The notes under the pieces are model-generated. The model was not told the DNA's origin. It did not search any database and saw only the letters and a program-made list of their open reading frames with translations. Shown piece by piece: positions 45,415-58,484 of a DNA stretch of 64,000 nt (position 1 is the first letter of the stretch; each line of letters begins with the position of its first letter). This DNA is from Gemmatimonadota bacterium (GTDB lineage Bacteria; Gemmatimonadota; Gemmatimonadetes; Gemmatimonadales; GWC2-71-9): contig QHUZ01000034.1 of the NCBI GenBank assembly GCA_003223395.1, positions 78,930-142,929 of the forward strand, given 5' to 3'. The position numbers were made by a program, and so were the translations under genes.

Positions 45415-48400
45415 TCTCGCGCGCATCCTGCTGCTCGGTTCCGGGCCGATCGTCATCGGCCAGGCGGCGGAATTCGACTACTCGGGGACGCAGGCGGTGA
45501 AAGCCCTGAAAGAGGAGGGCTATTACGTCATTCTTGTGAACTCGAATCCCGCCACGATCATGACCGATCCGGAGCTCGCGGACCGCACCTACATCGAGCC
45601 GGTGACGCCGGACTGGGTGCGCAAGGTGATCGAGCGCGAGAAGCCGGACGCGCTGCTGCCGACGATGGGCGGTCAGACCGCGCTCAACGTCGCCATGGCG
45701 CTCTTCAACGACGGCACGCTGAAAAAGCACAACGTCGAGCTGATCGGCGCCAACGCGCGGGCCATCACGATGGCCGAAGATCGGGCGGAATTCAGCGCCG
45801 CGATGCGGCGCATTGGTCTCGCGACCCCGGTAGGACACACGGTCACGTCGGTGGCTGCGGCGCTCGACGCCGCCCTCGACGTCGGCTATCCGGCGATCAT
45901 CCGGCCGTCGTACACGCTCGGCGGCACGGGCGGCGGCGTCGCCTACAATCGTGCCGAGTTCGAGGAGATGGTGGAGCGGGCGCTCGAGCTGTCACCGGTG
46001 CACTCGACGCTGATCGAGCGGAGCGTGCTCGGCTGGAAAGAGTTCGAGCTCGAGGTGATGCGCGACCGGCGCGACAACGTCGTGATCGTGTGCTCGATCG
46101 AGAATCTCGATCCGATGGGCGTGCACACCGGCGACTCGATTACCGTCGCGCCGGCGATGACGCTCACCGACCGGGAGTACCAGCGCATGCGCGACGCGGC
46201 GATCGCGATCATCCGCGAGATCGGCGTCGAGGCGGGCGGTTGCAACATCCAGTTCGCGGTCAACCCGGCCGACGGCGAAATGCTCGTGATCGAGATGAAC
46301 CCCCGCGTGTCGCGGTCCTCGGCCCTCGCGTCCAAAGCGACCGGTTTTCCCATCGCGCGCATCGGAACGAAGCTCGCGGTTGGCTATACGCTCGACGAGC
46401 TGCCCAACGACATCACCAAGACGACGCCCGCCTCGTTCGAGCCGGTGCTCGACTACGTCGTCGTGAAAGTGCCGCGCTTCGCGTTCGAGAAATTCCCCCG
46501 GGCCGATTTCCGCCTGACGACGCAAATGAAGTCGGTGGGCGAGGCGATGGCGATCGGGCGCACCTTCAAAGAAGCGTTCCAGAAGGGGCTCCGAGCGCTG
46601 GAAATCGGACGGCCCGGGTGGGTCCTGGGCGCGACGCCGGCGGATGACCGGCTCACCAGCACGTCGCCCGAGGATTTGCGCGTTGCACTCCGGACGGCAA
46701 CGCCCGAGCGCATTTTCCAGATCAAGCGCGCGTTCCTGGCCGGCCTGACGGTGGACGAAATCGCGCAGGCCTCCGGCATCGACCCCTGGTTTCTGTATCA
46801 ACTCGAGGAACTGGTAGACGCCGAGCGCTGGTTCAGCGGACTTTCGGCCGTAGGCGGCGCCGAGCTCAAGCGCATGAAGCGGCTGGGATTCTCCGACCAC
46901 CAGCTCGCCGCGCTGCGCAACACGACCGAGGTGGCGATTCGCGAGCAGCGTTGGAAACTCGGCATTCACCCGGCCTACAAGACGGTGGACACCTGCGCCG
47001 GCGAGTTTCCCTCGTCGACGCCGTATCTCTATTCGTCCTACGACGAGGAGAACGAGTCCCAGCCGTTCGGCCAGCAGGGCATCGTGATCCTCGGGAGTGG
47101 TCCGAACCGCATCGGACAGGGAGTCGAGTTCGACTACTGCTGCGTCCGCGCCGGCCTCGCCTTCCGCGAGCTCGGGTTCAAGACGATCATGATCAACTCG
47201 AACCCCGAGACGGTCTCGACCGACTTCGATATCTCGGACAAGCTGTACTTCGAGCCGCTGACATTCGAAGACGTTCTGGAAATCATGCGCTGGGAAAAGC
47301 CAAAGGGCGTCGTCGTACAGCTCGGTGGCCAGACCCCGCTCCAGCTCACGAAGCCGCTCGAGGCAGCCGGCGTACAGGTGTTGGGCACCTCACCAGACGC
47401 GATCGACATCGCGGAAGATCGCGAGCGCTTCGAGGAGCTGGCCGACACGCTGGGGATCACGCAGCCGCCCAATGGGATCGCCCGCTCGGTCGAGGAGGCC
47501 GTCGGGGTCGCGCAGCGCATCGGGTACCCGGTTCTGGTGCGGCCGTCCTACGTGCTCGGTGGACGCGCGATGGAAATCGTGTATGACGACGACTCGCTGC
47601 GGGATTACTTCGTCAAAGCGGCGCGCGTCGCGCCGGAGCACCCGGTGCTGATCGACCGCTTCCTGGAGGATGCGTTCGAGGCGGACGTGGATGCGATCGC
47701 GGATGGGACACGGTGCGTCATCGGCGGCGTCATGCAGCACATCGAGGATGCCGGTGTGCACTCCGGTGATTCCGCCTGCGTCATGCCGCCCTACCTGATC
47801 GGCGACCGCCAGGTAGACGAAATGCGGCGGTACACCCAGGCGTTCGCCAAAGCACTCGGCGTCGTGGGTTTGCTCAATGTCCAATACGCCATCAAGAACG
47901 GCGTCGTCTACGTCCTGGAGGTCAATCCCCGGGCCTCGCGGACGGTGCCGTTCGTGAGTAAGGCGACGGGGGTCCCCCTCGCAAAGCTTGCAGCGGCGGT
48001 CATCGCCGGGCGGACACTGGACGATTTGGGCCTTCCCGATGAGCTTCCCGTCGCCGGGGTCGCCGTAAAAGAGGCGGTCTTCCCCTTCACGAAGCTGCCC
48101 GGCGTGGATACCGTGTTGGGGCCCGAAATGCGGTCCACCGGGGAGGCGATGGGCCTGGCGGACAGCTTTGGGATGGCGTTTGCCAAGGCGCAGATCGCGG
48201 CGGAAGGCAGCCTGCCCCTCGAGGGCACGATCTTCGTCACCGTGAACGACCACGACAAGCCGACCGTGCTGCCGATCGCCCGGCGGTTCCACGAGCTGGG
48301 GTTCCGCATTCTGGCGACGGAGGGCACGGAGCGCTATCTCCGCGGCCGTGGAGTACCCGCGGAGCGGGTGTTGAAGGTGCACGAAGGACGCCCCAACGCG

Positions 48401-48670
48401 ATCGATCTGATCGTCTCGGGCGAAGTCCAGCTGCTGATCAACACGCCGCTGGGCAAGTTCACGCAGGTGGATGACTACGCCATCCGGCGCGCCGCGCTGG
48501 TGCATCGGGTGCCGTACACGACGACCATGTCCGCGGCGAGTGCCGCGTGTGACGCGATCATTGCGCTCCGCAGCCGCACCGGGAGCGTCAGGAGCTTACA
48601 GGAATGGCACGCAAGAGCGAACGGCGAAAAGGCACCGAGCGGCGGGCAAATCGCGATAGCAAACGCGTAG
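45398..48670 (+). CDS. carB: carbamoyl-phosphate synthase large subunit
   Basis: [33 protein letters not shown] and duplicated ATP-grasp halves. 1090 aa. Confidence 0.95.
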
Positions 48671-49611
48671 CGCCCGCGAAGTCTGCGAAGGCGGCGAAGG
48701 CGGCGAAGGCAGTCGCTCCCGCCCCGCCCCCGCCGAAAATCAAATTCCGCGGCAAGCTGCTCGAGAACGAGCCGCTCGCGCGCTATACCACCTGGCGGAT
48801 CGGCGGACCGGCGCGCTACCTCGCGATGCCCGCCGATAGCGAGGACGTGGTACGCGCCCTGGAGCTCGCGCAGGACCGCGGACTGCCCTGGATCGTGCTC
48901 GGGCTCGGCTCCAACGTGCTCGTCAAAGACGGCGGCTTCCCCGGCGTCGTCATCCGCATGGGGAAGGGACTCGATCGGTTCGAGATGAAGGGCGCGACGG
49001 CGATCGTCGGCGCGGGAATGCCGACGCCGATCCTGGCGCGGCGCACGGCCGAAGCGGGGTTTGTCGGGGTCGAGCGGTTCGTCGGAATCCCGGGCACCGT
49101 GGGCGGCGGGATCTACATGAACGCGGGCTGCCATGGCGCGGAATTCGCCGAGATCGTCACAGAAGTGACGGTGATGGATGCCAAGGGCAAGGTCAAACAG
49201 CTGTCGCGCAAGCAGATCTCATTCAAGTATCGCGCGAGCAACATCGATGGGCTGGTCCTCGAAGCGAAGCTGGGACTGGGCGAGGAGTCGCCCACCAAGC
49301 TGAAGGAGCTGCAGGCGAAGCTGTTTCGCTGGCGCAAGGCCGGCACGCCGTTCGACCAACCCTGCTGCGGCTCGACGTTCACGAACCCGAGCGGCGGCAC
49401 GAAGACCGCCGGCATGCTCATCGACGAGTGCGGTCTCAAAGGCTACACGGTCGGCGGCGCGCAAGTGTCCACGCTGCACGCCAACTACATCATCAACAAG
49501 GGCACGGCCACCGCGAGCGACGTCCTCAAGGTGATCGATCACCTACGTAAGACGGTCGCCAAGAAGACCGGCATCACACTGGAGCTCGAGTGCAAGATCA
49601 TCGGCAACTAA
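48604..49611 (+). CDS. murB: UDP-N-acetylenolpyruvoylglucosamine reductase with a basic N-terminal extension
   Basis: [16 protein letters not shown]...LGLGSNVLV. The only canonical start is ATG 48604, which overlaps carB by 67 nt. Confidence 0.85.
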   Translation: MARKSERRKGTERRANRDSKRVAPAKSAKAAKAAKAVAPAPPPPKIKFRGKLLENEPLARYTTWRIGGPARYLAMPADSEDVVRALELAQDRGLPWIVLGLGSNVLVKDGGFPGVVIRMGKGLDRFEMKGATAIVGAGMPTPILARRTAEAGFVGVERFVGIPGTVGGGIYMNAGCHGAEFAEIVTEVTVMDAKGKVKQLSRKQISFKYRASNIDGLVLEAKLGLGEESPTKLKELQAKLFRWRKAGTPFDQPCCGSTFTNPSGGTKTAGMLIDECGLKGYTVGGAQVSTLHANYIINKGTATASDVLKVIDHLRKTVAKKTGITLELECKIIGN

Positions 49612-50198
49612 ACTACTTCGCGCACGAGTCCAGCTACGTTGACGACGGGGCAACAATCGGTAACGGCACCAAGATCTGGCACTTTTCGCACGTGATGCCG
49701 GGCGCCGTGATCGGCGAGCGTTGCAATCTCGGCCAGAACGTCGTCATCATGCCCGGCACGAAAATCGGGAACAACGTCAAGATCCAGAACAACGTCTCGA
49801 TTTACGAAGGCGTCGAACTGGAAGACGACGTGTTCTGCGGACCTTCCTGCGTGTTTACCAACGTCATGAATCCGCGCAGCCACGTCTCCCGCAAGAACGA
49901 ATATCGCCGCACGCTGGTCAAGCGGGGCGGCTCGATCGGCGCCAACGCGACGATCGTCTGCGGCGTGACCCTCGGCGAGTACGCGTTTATCGGCGCGGGC
50001 GCGGTCGTCACCTCCGACGTGCCCGCGTACGGCTTGATGGTCGGCGTGCCGGCCCGCCGCGTGGGCTGGATGTGCCAATGCGGCGAGCGGCTGCATCCGG
50101 CCGGAGGTCAGGCGACCTGCGCCGCGTGCGGCGCCAGCTATCAGGAGTCCGGCGGCACCCTCCGCCAAACCACCCCTTCCCGAGTCCGCGCCTCATGA
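49590..50198 (+). CDS. left-handed beta-helix N-acetyltransferase (WbpD-like)
   Basis: Hexapeptide repeats, [14 protein letters not shown], and a C-terminal CQCG...CAACG. Confidence 0.75.
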   Translation: MQDHRQLNYFAHESSYVDDGATIGNGTKIWHFSHVMPGAVIGERCNLGQNVVIMPGTKIGNNVKIQNNVSIYEGVELEDDVFCGPSCVFTNVMNPRSHVSRKNEYRRTLVKRGGSIGANATIVCGVTLGEYAFIGAGAVVTSDVPAYGLMVGVPARRVGWMCQCGERLHPAGGQATCAACGASYQESGGTLRQTTPSRVRAS

Positions 50199-51310
50199 AT
50201 GTTCCGATGTTGGATCTGGTCGCACAATACGCCACGATCAAAGACGAGGTGCTGGCCGCGATGATGAAAGTCGTCGAGGCGCAGGCCTTCATCATGGGTC
50301 CGGCGGTGCCGGAGCTCGAGACGGCAGTCGCCCGCCTGTCGCACGCCACGCACGGCATCGGCTGCGCGAGCGGCACCGACGCGCTGCTCTTGCCGCTCAA
50401 GGCGCTGAATCTGAAGCCGGGCGACGAAGTCATCACCACGCCGTTCACCTTCTTCGCGACCGCCGGCACGATTTACAACGCGGGCGGCACGCCCGTCTTC
50501 GTGGACATCCTGCCCGATACGTTCAACATCGATCCTGCCGCGGTGAAACGGGCGATCACACCGCGCACCCGCGCCATCGTGCCGGTGCACCTGTACGGGC
50601 AGATGGTCGATATGCTCGAGCTGATGGCCGTGGCCAAGGCGCGTGGTGTGAAGATCATCGAGGATGCGGCACAGGCCATCGGTGCCCGTCGCAAGGTCGA
50701 TGGCGAGTGGCGTGTCGCGGGCGAGCTGGGATGGGCGACGGGCTATTCGTTCTTCCCCAGCAAGAACCTCGGCGCGTGGGGTGACGGCGGGATGATCGTC
50801 ACATCGGACGACGCAGCGGCGGACCGTCTCAAGAAGCTACGGCTCCACGGCGGCGCCAAGCAGTACCATCACGAAGAAGTCGGCACCAACTCGCGGCTCG
50901 ACACGCTCCAGGCCGCTGTCCTGCTCGCCAAGCTGCCGCACCTTGCGCAGTGGTCTGCCAAGCGGCGCGAGCACGCGGTCTACTATACCAAGGCGTTGGC
51001 CGACATCCCGGGGGTCAAGCCGCCCGTCGTGGATCCGGCGAACGAGCACATCTTCCACCAATACACGCTGCGTGCCGAGCGGCGCGACGAGCTGCAGGGA
51101 CATCTAAAGAAGGAAGGGATCGGGCACGCGGTGTACTATCCGATCCCGCTCCACCGCCAGCCATGTTTCGCGCACCTCGGCTACAAGGATGGAAGCCTCC
51201 CGCAGGCCGAGCGGGCGGCGCGCGAGGTGATTTCGCTCCCGATTTACCCTGAGCTCACACCCGCACAGCGCGACCGCGTGGCGGATACGATCCGCGGCTT
51301 CTACCGGTGA
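50195..51310 (+). CDS. DegT/DnrJ/EryC1/StrS family sugar aminotransferase (WbpE-like)
   Basis: [19 protein letters not shown]...[18 protein letters not shown] overlap with the upstream gene. Confidence 0.85.
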   Translation: MNVPMLDLVAQYATIKDEVLAAMMKVVEAQAFIMGPAVPELETAVARLSHATHGIGCASGTDALLLPLKALNLKPGDEVITTPFTFFATAGTIYNAGGTPVFVDILPDTFNIDPAAVKRAITPRTRAIVPVHLYGQMVDMLELMAVAKARGVKIIEDAAQAIGARRKVDGEWRVAGELGWATGYSFFPSKNLGAWGDGGMIVTSDDAAADRLKKLRLHGGAKQYHHEEVGTNSRLDTLQAAVLLAKLPHLAQWSAKRREHAVYYTKALADIPGVKPPVVDPANEHIFHQYTLRAERRDELQGHLKKEGIGHAVYYPIPLHRQPCFAHLGYKDGSLPQAERAAREVISLPIYPELTPAQRDRVADTIRGFYR

Positions 51311-52311
51311 CGCGCCTCAAGATTGGCGTCGTCGGCGCTGGGGCGTGGGGACGCAATCACGTTCGTACGGTCGCTGGACTGGCGGAGGCGGAGCTCGCCG
51401 CGGTGTGCGATCCCGACCCCAAGGTTCGGGAGCGGGTGTCGCGGCAGTACCCCGGCGCGGTGGTCACGGGCGACATCCCCGTGCTGCTCCAGGCCGTGGA
51501 CGCGGTCATTGTCGCGTCCCCCGCTGCCACACATGCGAAGGTCGCTCAACAGGTGGTCGAGGCCGGCAAACCGGTACTGGTCGAGAAGCCATTCGCGCTG
51601 AACGTGCGCGACGCCGAAGCGGTGGCCCGGCAAGGGGCCCAACGGGGCGTGCCGGTGCTGGTCGGCCATCTCCTGGTGTACCATCCTGCCGTCGAACGGC
51701 TGCGCGAGATGGTACAGAAGGGCGAACTCGGCAAGGTCTTCTACCTGTATGGACTTCGCGTCAATTTGGGGCAGGTCCGGAAGGACGAAAACGCCCTCTG
51801 GAGCTTTGGACCGCATGATGTATCAGTGGCACTCTACTTGCTTGGGGAGGAGCCCATACGGGTCGCTGCGCATGGCAAGAGCTATTTGCAGCCCGCGATC
51901 GAGGACGTCGTGTTTCTGACGATGGAGTTCGCGAGCGGCGTGCTGGCTCACGTCCAGCTGTCGTGGCTCGATCCCCATAAAGAACGGAAGCTCACCGTGG
52001 TAGGCGCCAAGAAAATGGTGGTGTTCGACGACATGGAGCCGCGCGAAAAGCTGCGGATCTACGACAAGGGCATCGATCGCCCGCCCGAGTACGGGTCCTT
52101 CGGCGAAAGCCTGGCGATCCGCGAGGGCGATATTTTCATTCCACGGATTCCGAACGTCGAGCCCCTCGCCGCCGAGCTGGCGCATTTTGTGCGCGCCGCG
52201 CAGGGCCGGGAAACGCCGCGCGCGAGCGCGGAGGACGGCGTGCGCGTCGTCCGCGTGCTTGAGGCCGCTTCCCGCTCGCTCGAGCGGGGCGGCGCCCCGG
52301 AGACACCATGA
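51307..52311 (+). CDS. Gfo/Idh/MocA family oxidoreductase (WbpB-like)
   Basis: LKIGVVGAGAWGRNH...VEKPFAL. GTGA overlap with the upstream gene. Confidence 0.8.
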   Translation: MTRLKIGVVGAGAWGRNHVRTVAGLAEAELAAVCDPDPKVRERVSRQYPGAVVTGDIPVLLQAVDAVIVASPAATHAKVAQQVVEAGKPVLVEKPFALNVRDAEAVARQGAQRGVPVLVGHLLVYHPAVERLREMVQKGELGKVFYLYGLRVNLGQVRKDENALWSFGPHDVSVALYLLGEEPIRVAAHGKSYLQPAIEDVVFLTMEFASGVLAHVQLSWLDPHKERKLTVVGAKKMVVFDDMEPREKLRIYDKGIDRPPEYGSFGESLAIREGDIFIPRIPNVEPLAAELAHFVRAAQGRETPRASAEDGVRVVRVLEAASRSLERGGAPETP

Positions 52312-53624
52312 CTGCGACGGCCGCTGCCCCCACGATGGTCGATACGCTCCTCGCGAAGGCCAAGGACCGCACCGCCGTCTTCGGCGTCGTCGGCCTCGGC
52401 TATGTCGGACTCCCACTCGCGATGGAGATCGTCCGCGCGGGGTATCGAGTGATCGGGTTCGACGTCAATTCGCGCGTCGTCGATTCCCTGAACGCGGGGC
52501 GATCCCACATCCTGGACGTCGGGGCCGCGACGGTCACGGACGCGATCCAGGCCAAGCGATTCTCTGCCACAGCCGATCTGACTCGCCTGAACGAGCCCGA
52601 TGTCATCTCGATCAGCGTGCCCACGCCGCTGTCCAAGACTAAAGATCCCGACGTGAGCTACGTGCTCGCGGCCACGGAGTCGGTGAAGCGGGCGTTGCGC
52701 AAGGGCCAGCTGGTGGTGCTGGAGTCCACGACCTATCCGGGCACGACGCGCGAGCTGATGCTGCCGGCACTCGAATCCACCGGCCTCAAGGTCGGGGAGG
52801 ACTTTTTCCTCGCGTTCTCGCCGGAGCGCGTCGACCCCGGCAACGACCGGTTCAACACCCGCAACACGCCCAAAGTGATCGGCGGCATCACGCCCGCCTG
52901 CCTGAAGGTCGCGATCGCCCTGTACCAGGGGGCGATCGACACGCTCGTGCCCGTCTCGTCGCCCGAAGCGGCCGAGCTGGTGAAAATCCTCGAGAACACA
53001 TTCCGCAGCGTCAACATCGGGCTCGCGAACGAAATGGCGATCGTGTGCGACAAGCTCGGCATGGACGTCTGGGAAGTGATCGAGGCCGCGTCGACCAAGC
53101 CGTTCGGGTTCATGAAATTCACGCCCGGTCCGGGCGTGGGCGGCCACTGCATTCCGCTCGATCCGCACTATCTCGCCTGGAAAATGCGGACGCTCAACTA
53201 CAAGACGCGGTTCATCGAGCTGGCCGGCGAGTTGAATGCCGAGATGCCGGAGTTCTGGGTGCGCAAGGTCGTGGACACGCTCAACGACCAGGGGAAAGCG
53301 GTCCGCGGCAGTCATGTCCTGCTCGTGGGTGTGGCGTACAAGAAAAACATCGACGACATCCGCGAAAGCCCGGCGCTGGACGTCATTCGCCTGCTGCATC
53401 AGCGCGGCGCGGTGGTCGCCTACCACGATCCGCACGTGCCGGTCCTGAAGGAAGACGGCATCGCGCTCAGCTCCGTGCCGCTCACCGTGGAGACGCTCAA
53501 GCAGGCCGACTGCGCCATCATCGTGACCGATCACGCCGCGATTGACTACAAATTGATCGCGCGCCACGCGCGTGCCGTGGTGGATACGCGGCATGTGTTG
53601 CCCAGGGCAGGTCCTCGCGCGTGA
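52308..53624 (+). CDS. UDP-N-acetyl-hexosamine 6-dehydrogenase (WbpA/WecC-like nucleotide-sugar dehydrogenase)
   Basis: VFGVVGLGYVGLPLA...GGHCIPLDP. Confidence 0.8.
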   Translation: MTATAAAPTMVDTLLAKAKDRTAVFGVVGLGYVGLPLAMEIVRAGYRVIGFDVNSRVVDSLNAGRSHILDVGAATVTDAIQAKRFSATADLTRLNEPDVISISVPTPLSKTKDPDVSYVLAATESVKRALRKGQLVVLESTTYPGTTRELMLPALESTGLKVGEDFFLAFSPERVDPGNDRFNTRNTPKVIGGITPACLKVAIALYQGAIDTLVPVSSPEAAELVKILENTFRSVNIGLANEMAIVCDKLGMDVWEVIEAASTKPFGFMKFTPGPGVGGHCIPLDPHYLAWKMRTLNYKTRFIELAGELNAEMPEFWVRKVVDTLNDQGKAVRGSHVLLVGVAYKKNIDDIRESPALDVIRLLHQRGAVVAYHDPHVPVLKEDGIALSSVPLTVETLKQADCAIIVTDHAAIDYKLIARHARAVVDTRHVLPRAGPRA

Positions 53625-54937
53625 AGGTCGCCGTGGTCGGCACGGGATACGTAGGGCTGGTCGTGGGTGCCTGTCTCGCCGAGACGGGGAATGACGTGGT
53701 GTGCGCCGACGTCGATGCGCCCAAAATCACCAATCTCAAAGCGAACAAGCTCCCGATTTACGAGCCCGGGCTCGAGCCGATCGTCGTCCGCAATCAGCGC
53801 GAGGGCCGGCTGACGTTTACGACCGACGTCGGCAACGCGGTCGAGCGCTCCGAGGTCGTGTTCATCGCGGTGGGGACGCCGCCGGACGAAGACGGATCGG
53901 CGGATCTGCAGCATGTGCTCGCCGTCGCCACGACGATCGGCAAGCACATGAACGCGCCCAAGGTCATCGTCACGAAGAGCACCGTCCCGGTCGGCACGGC
54001 GGAGAAGGTGCGGGCGCAGATCGCGCGCGAAACGACGACGCGGTTTCACGTCTGCTCGAATCCGGAGTTCCTCAAAGAGGGCGCCGCCGTCGACGACTTC
54101 ATGAAACCCGACCGCGTTGTGGTGGGCGTCGACTCCCCCGATGCGGCGAAAGTGATCGAAGAGCTCTACGCGCCGTTCGTGCGCACCGGCAACCCGCTTA
54201 TCCTGATGGACATCCCGTCGGCGGAGATGACCAAGTACGCGGCCAACGCGATGCTCGCCACGCGCATCTCGTTCATGAACCAAATCGCGCGGCTGTGCGA
54301 GGCGGTGGGCGCGGATGTGACCGAGGTACGTCGGGGCGTCGGCTCCGACCGGCGGATCGGCCCGGCGTTCCTGTTTCCGGGCCCCGGGTATGGCGGGTCC
54401 TGCTTCCCCAAAGACGTGCAGGCGTTGATCCGCACCGGTTCCGAGAAAAACCTGCCGCTGGACATTCTGACCGCGGTGGAGGCGGCGAATCAGCGGCAGA
54501 AAAAGCTGCTGTTTGAAAAGCTCACGCGGCATCTCGGATCGCTCAGCGGCAAGGTGATTGCGGTGTGGGGTCTCGCGTTCAAGGCGGAAACCGATGACGT
54601 CCGCGAGAGCCCGGCACTCGTGCTCATCGAGGAGCTGCTCAAGGCCGGCGCCAAGGTCCAGGCACACGACCCCGCCGCGCTGGAAACCGCGGCGCGGCAC
54701 CTCGGCAAGCGCGTGACGTACGCCGGCCACGGCTTCGACGCGCTGGCCGGCGCCGATGCGCTCGCGATCGTGACGGAATGGCTCGAGTATCGCAATCCTG
54801 ATTTCGCGAGGATGAAGCAGCTCTTGAAGCGGCCGCTGATCGTCGATGGGCGCAACTTGTACGATCCGCAGAAGCTTGGCCGGCTCGGATTCACCTACGA
54901 CAGCATCGGTCGCCCGCTCGGATGCGCGTCCTCGTAA
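53621..54937 (+). CDS. ugd: UDP-glucose 6-dehydrogenase
   Basis: [26 protein letters not shown]...GGSCFPKDV. Confidence 0.88.
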   Translation: MKVAVVGTGYVGLVVGACLAETGNDVVCADVDAPKITNLKANKLPIYEPGLEPIVVRNQREGRLTFTTDVGNAVERSEVVFIAVGTPPDEDGSADLQHVLAVATTIGKHMNAPKVIVTKSTVPVGTAEKVRAQIARETTTRFHVCSNPEFLKEGAAVDDFMKPDRVVVGVDSPDAAKVIEELYAPFVRTGNPLILMDIPSAEMTKYAANAMLATRISFMNQIARLCEAVGADVTEVRRGVGSDRRIGPAFLFPGPGYGGSCFPKDVQALIRTGSEKNLPLDILTAVEAANQRQKKLLFEKLTRHLGSLSGKVIAVWGLAFKAETDDVRESPALVLIEELLKAGAKVQAHDPAALETAARHLGKRVTYAGHGFDALAGADALAIVTEWLEYRNPDFARMKQLLKRPLIVDGRNLYDPQKLGRLGFTYDSIGRPLGCASS

Positions 54938-55875
54938 CGGGAGCGGCCGGATTCCTGGGATCGCATCTCGTTGACCGGTTCCTCGCGGCCGGACACCGAG
55001 TCCTGGGGATGGACAATCAACTGACCGGCAATCCCGCCAATCTTGCCCACGTCGCGCAGCACCCCAACTTCGAGTTCCACCGCCAGGACGTGACGACCTT
55101 CATCGAGGTCGAAGGTGCCCTCGACGGTGTGCTGCACTTCGCGAGCCCGGCGAGTCCCGTCGATTACCTCGAGCTCCCCATTCAGACGCTCAAGGTCGGC
55201 GCCCTCGGCACGCACAAGGCGCTGGGACTTGCGATGGCGAAACAGGCGCGGTTCCTGCTCGCGTCGACCTCCGAGGTCTACGGCGATCCGCTGGTGCATC
55301 CGCAACCGGAGTCGTACTGGGGCAACGTGAGCCCCGTGGGCCCACGCGGTGTCTACGACGAGGCCAAGCGGTTCGCCGAGGCGCTGACGATGGCCTATCA
55401 TCGCTACCACAAGCTGGACACCCGCATCGTGCGCATCTTCAATACCTACGGGCCGCGGATGCGGCCGAACGACGGGCGGGTGGTGTCGAACTTCATCGTA
55501 CAGGCACTGCGGGGCGAGCCGCTCACCGTCTACGGGGACGGATCGCAGACGCGGTCGTTCTGCTACGTGGATGATCTGATCGAGGGCATCATGCGGCTGT
55601 TCGAGCGCGGCGGCGCCGATCCGACCAATATCGGCAACCCCCACGAGTTCACCGTGCGACAGCTGGCGGAGCGGGTCCTGGCGTTGACGGGCAGCAAGAG
55701 CAAGATCGTCGAGCGGCCACTGCCGGTGGATGATCCGCGCGTGCGCCAGCCCGACATCACGCGCGCCCGCAAGACCCTGGGATGGGAGCCGAAGGTTTCC
55801 CTCGAGGAAGGCCTGCGCCGCACGATTGCGTATTTTCAAGCGATCGTGGCGCACGAAGGAGCCCGCAAGACGTGA
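54922..55875 (+). CDS. uxs: UDP-glucuronate decarboxylase (UDP-xylose synthase)
   Basis: [16 protein letters not shown]...STSEVYGDP...YDEAKR. Confidence 0.85.
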   Translation: MRVLVTGAAGFLGSHLVDRFLAAGHRVLGMDNQLTGNPANLAHVAQHPNFEFHRQDVTTFIEVEGALDGVLHFASPASPVDYLELPIQTLKVGALGTHKALGLAMAKQARFLLASTSEVYGDPLVHPQPESYWGNVSPVGPRGVYDEAKRFAEALTMAYHRYHKLDTRIVRIFNTYGPRMRPNDGRVVSNFIVQALRGEPLTVYGDGSQTRSFCYVDDLIEGIMRLFERGGADPTNIGNPHEFTVRQLAERVLALTGSKSKIVERPLPVDDPRVRQPDITRARKTLGWEPKVSLEEGLRRTIAYFQAIVAHEGARKT

Positions 55876-56858
55876 CGCACCGGTTTCTGGTCACCGGCGC
55901 CGCCGGATTCATCGGATCGCACCTGAGCGAGACGCTCATACGGAGTGGGCACGAAGTGACCGGGGTCGACAACTTCGACCCGTTCTACGCGCGTGACGTC
56001 AAAGAGCGCAATCTCGCCGGCCTGCGAACGCTTCCCGGGTTTCGATTCGTCGAGGCCGACGTCGCCCGCGATCCCATGCCGCTCGATGGCGTCGAGGCTG
56101 TCATCCATCTGGCGGCAAAAGCGGGCGTCCGTCCCTCGCTCGAGGACCCCGGCGCCTACATGGACGCGAATGTCACGGCGACTGCCCGTCTGATCGATGC
56201 GGTCCGCCGCGCCGGGCTCACACGCATCGTGTTCGGCTCGTCGTCGTCGGTGTACGGGAATGCAACGCCCGCGCCGTTTGCCGAAGACCAGCCCGCCGTC
56301 CTGCCGATCTCGCCGTACGCGGCCAGCAAGCGGGCGGGCGAGCTGCTGGCGCACGCCTTCGCGCACCTCTATCCGCTCAAGATCATCTGCCTGCGGTTCT
56401 TTACGGTGTACGGCCCGCGGCAGCGCCCCGATCTGGCGATCCACAAATTCACGGATCTGATCGCCCGCGGGCGCCCCGTCCAGATGCATGGGGATGGGTC
56501 GAGTGAGCGCGACTATACCTATATTACCGACTGCCTGGACGGCATCCTGGCCGCGCTCGACTGGACCGCCGCGGCGGCTCCCGGCACGGTCGAGACGGTC
56601 AATCTCGGCGGCGGTGAGCGGGTGCGCCTCGACCGCCTGATCGCCCTCATCGCCCGGGCGCTGGGTCAGGACGCGCGCATCGAGCACCATCCCGATCAGC
56701 CGGGCGACGTGCGATTGACGGATGCCGATCTGGTCCACGCCGGCCGGGTCCTGGGCTTCAAGCCCCGCGTCGGCATCGAAGAAGGCATTCGCAAATTCGT
56801 CGACTGGTACGAGGAGGTTCATGGACGTCAGTCCCGAGCGTCTCGTCGAGCAGGCTAA
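55872..56858 (+). CDS. NAD-dependent nucleotide-sugar epimerase (GalE/UDP-glucuronate 4-epimerase-like)
   Basis: GTGA overlap with the upstream gene. (M)[17 protein letters not shown] and YAASK. Confidence 0.78.
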   Translation: MTHRFLVTGAAGFIGSHLSETLIRSGHEVTGVDNFDPFYARDVKERNLAGLRTLPGFRFVEADVARDPMPLDGVEAVIHLAAKAGVRPSLEDPGAYMDANVTATARLIDAVRRAGLTRIVFGSSSSVYGNATPAPFAEDQPAVLPISPYAASKRAGELLAHAFAHLYPLKIICLRFFTVYGPRQRPDLAIHKFTDLIARGRPVQMHGDGSSERDYTYITDCLDGILAALDWTAAAAPGTVETVNLGGGERVRLDRLIALIARALGQDARIEHHPDQPGDVRLTDADLVHAGRVLGFKPRVGIEEGIRKFVDWYEEVHGRQSRASRRAG

Positions 56859-57594
56859 CGAGCGGTTTCAGCTGCAGGACTACTACGGCGCGATACATCT
56901 GCTCGAGGAGGTCATCGCGACCGGCCGGGCGTTTGCGGACGCGCATCACCTGCTCGGCCTCTCGTACTCGCTCGCGGGTCAGACGGACAAGGCGCTGGAG
57001 CAGCTCGATCGGGCCCTGGCGCTCAATCCCAATTACATCGAGGCGTTGATTCATCGCGCACTCGTGCTGAACGAGCTGGGTCGTGAAGAAGAAGCAAGCG
57101 CGGTGCTGCGGCGCGCGCGGCAGGTGACGTCGGAGCGGCGGGCGGGCTTCCACGGGCATGTGGCCGCCAAGCTCGCCAACCAGCACGCGGCACTCGCCCA
57201 GGCGTATTACGAAGCGGGTGGATTGAACGAAGCGATCGCGCAATACGAGGCGGCGCTCGAGCTGGGCCCCGCCTTTCACGACTTGCGCTACAAGCTGGGT
57301 CGGATGTTGCTCGAGGCCGGTCGCGCGTTGGAGGCACACGAGCAGTTCCAGATCATTGTGCGTGAGCGTCCCTCTTTCCTCGATGCCGCCGCGATGCTGG
57401 GACTCGCGTGCTACCTGGCGGGTGATGGGTTGGCGGCGCGTGCGGTATGGGAAGAGCTGCGCGCCCGCCGGCCGGAAGATCCGCGCGTAGAGGCGTACCT
57501 GGCGTTGCTGTCCCGCTCGGACGTGATGCCGGTTGGCGCCGGAGCAGCCGAGGGCGGCACCGCGAAACCCGATCGAAAGAAGAAAAAGAAGTGA
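56821..57594 (+). CDS. TPR repeat protein with an oligo-Lys C-terminus
   Basis: Repeated AxxxLGxxYxxxGxxxxA units. Ends KPDRKKKKK. Confidence 0.7.
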   Translation: MDVSPERLVEQANERFQLQDYYGAIHLLEEVIATGRAFADAHHLLGLSYSLAGQTDKALEQLDRALALNPNYIEALIHRALVLNELGREEEASAVLRRARQVTSERRAGFHGHVAAKLANQHAALAQAYYEAGGLNEAIAQYEAALELGPAFHDLRYKLGRMLLEAGRALEAHEQFQIIVRERPSFLDAAAMLGLACYLAGDGLAARAVWEELRARRPEDPRVEAYLALLSRSDVMPVGAGAAEGGTAKPDRKKKKK

Positions 57595-58484
57595 GTCGCC
57601 TTCTGGTGGTGCCGCTGGTCCTCATGCTGGCCTGCACCCGCTCCGCCGCCAATCACGAGGACCTCGGCGATCGGGCGTATGCGACGGGCTCCTATGCCGA
57701 CGCATTGGCGGAATACCAGCTGGGACGCAAGGCGAACGCCGGCAGCGCCGCATTGCTCGCCAAGGTCGGCGCCGCTGCCATGCACTACGAAGACTATGAG
57801 CTGGCAGCCGATGCCTACCGCACGCTTGCCAAGCGGGACCGCTCGCGCGCCGACGAAGCCGCCGACGGCCTAGACCGGGTGGCGCGGGCCGCCCTCACGG
57901 CCAACGACCGCACGGCCCTGGCGAGCGCGCTGACGGGACTGCGGGAGGTGGCGCCGCGGCGGCCGCTCGGACGGTACGTGGTGCTCGCCGCGCTGGACGC
58001 GGTGGACCGGGGTGATACCGCCGAGGCGAGGGCGCTGTTGCCGGTTGCCGCGGCGTCGGCGCTCGACGCGTCCCGAGCCGACTCGCTACTCTTCGTGTAC
58101 GGCATGACGCTGGTTCGGGTCCGCGACTGCAGCACGGCGGTGCGCGTCTTTGAGGGTGTGGTCCGGAGACAGCGGGCGGCGTCCGTGGTCGAGCAGGCGC
58201 GGGAAGGCCTCGGGCTGTGCGCGTTGGTCGAGGGCCAAATCGCGCTCGAGCAGGGCCATCCAGACTCCGCCGAAGGATGGTTCCGGCGGGCGACGGCCCC
58301 AGGGGCGTCGCCGGACGTCGTGCGGGGCGCGTTTCTCGGTCTCGGCGACGTGCGCCTCGCGCAGGGCGACGTGGCGGGTGCGATGGAGAGTTATCAGCAG
58401 GCGCTCACCGGCGGCACGCCCGGAGACACGATCTCGCAGCGCGCGCAGGAAAAGCTCAACCGGCTAGGAAAGGCTGAACCGTGA
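57591..58484 (+). CDS. lipoprotein with TPR-like helical repeats
   Basis: GTGA overlap with the upstream gene. Signal and lipobox LVLMLAC. Confidence 0.6.
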   Translation: MSRLLVVPLVLMLACTRSAANHEDLGDRAYATGSYADALAEYQLGRKANAGSAALLAKVGAAAMHYEDYELAADAYRTLAKRDRSRADEAADGLDRVARAALTANDRTALASALTGLREVAPRRPLGRYVVLAALDAVDRGDTAEARALLPVAAASALDASRADSLLFVYGMTLVRVRDCSTAVRVFEGVVRRQRAASVVEQAREGLGLCALVEGQIALEQGHPDSAEGWFRRATAPGASPDVVRGAFLGLGDVRLAQGDVAGAMESYQQALTGGTPGDTISQRAQEKLNRLGKAEP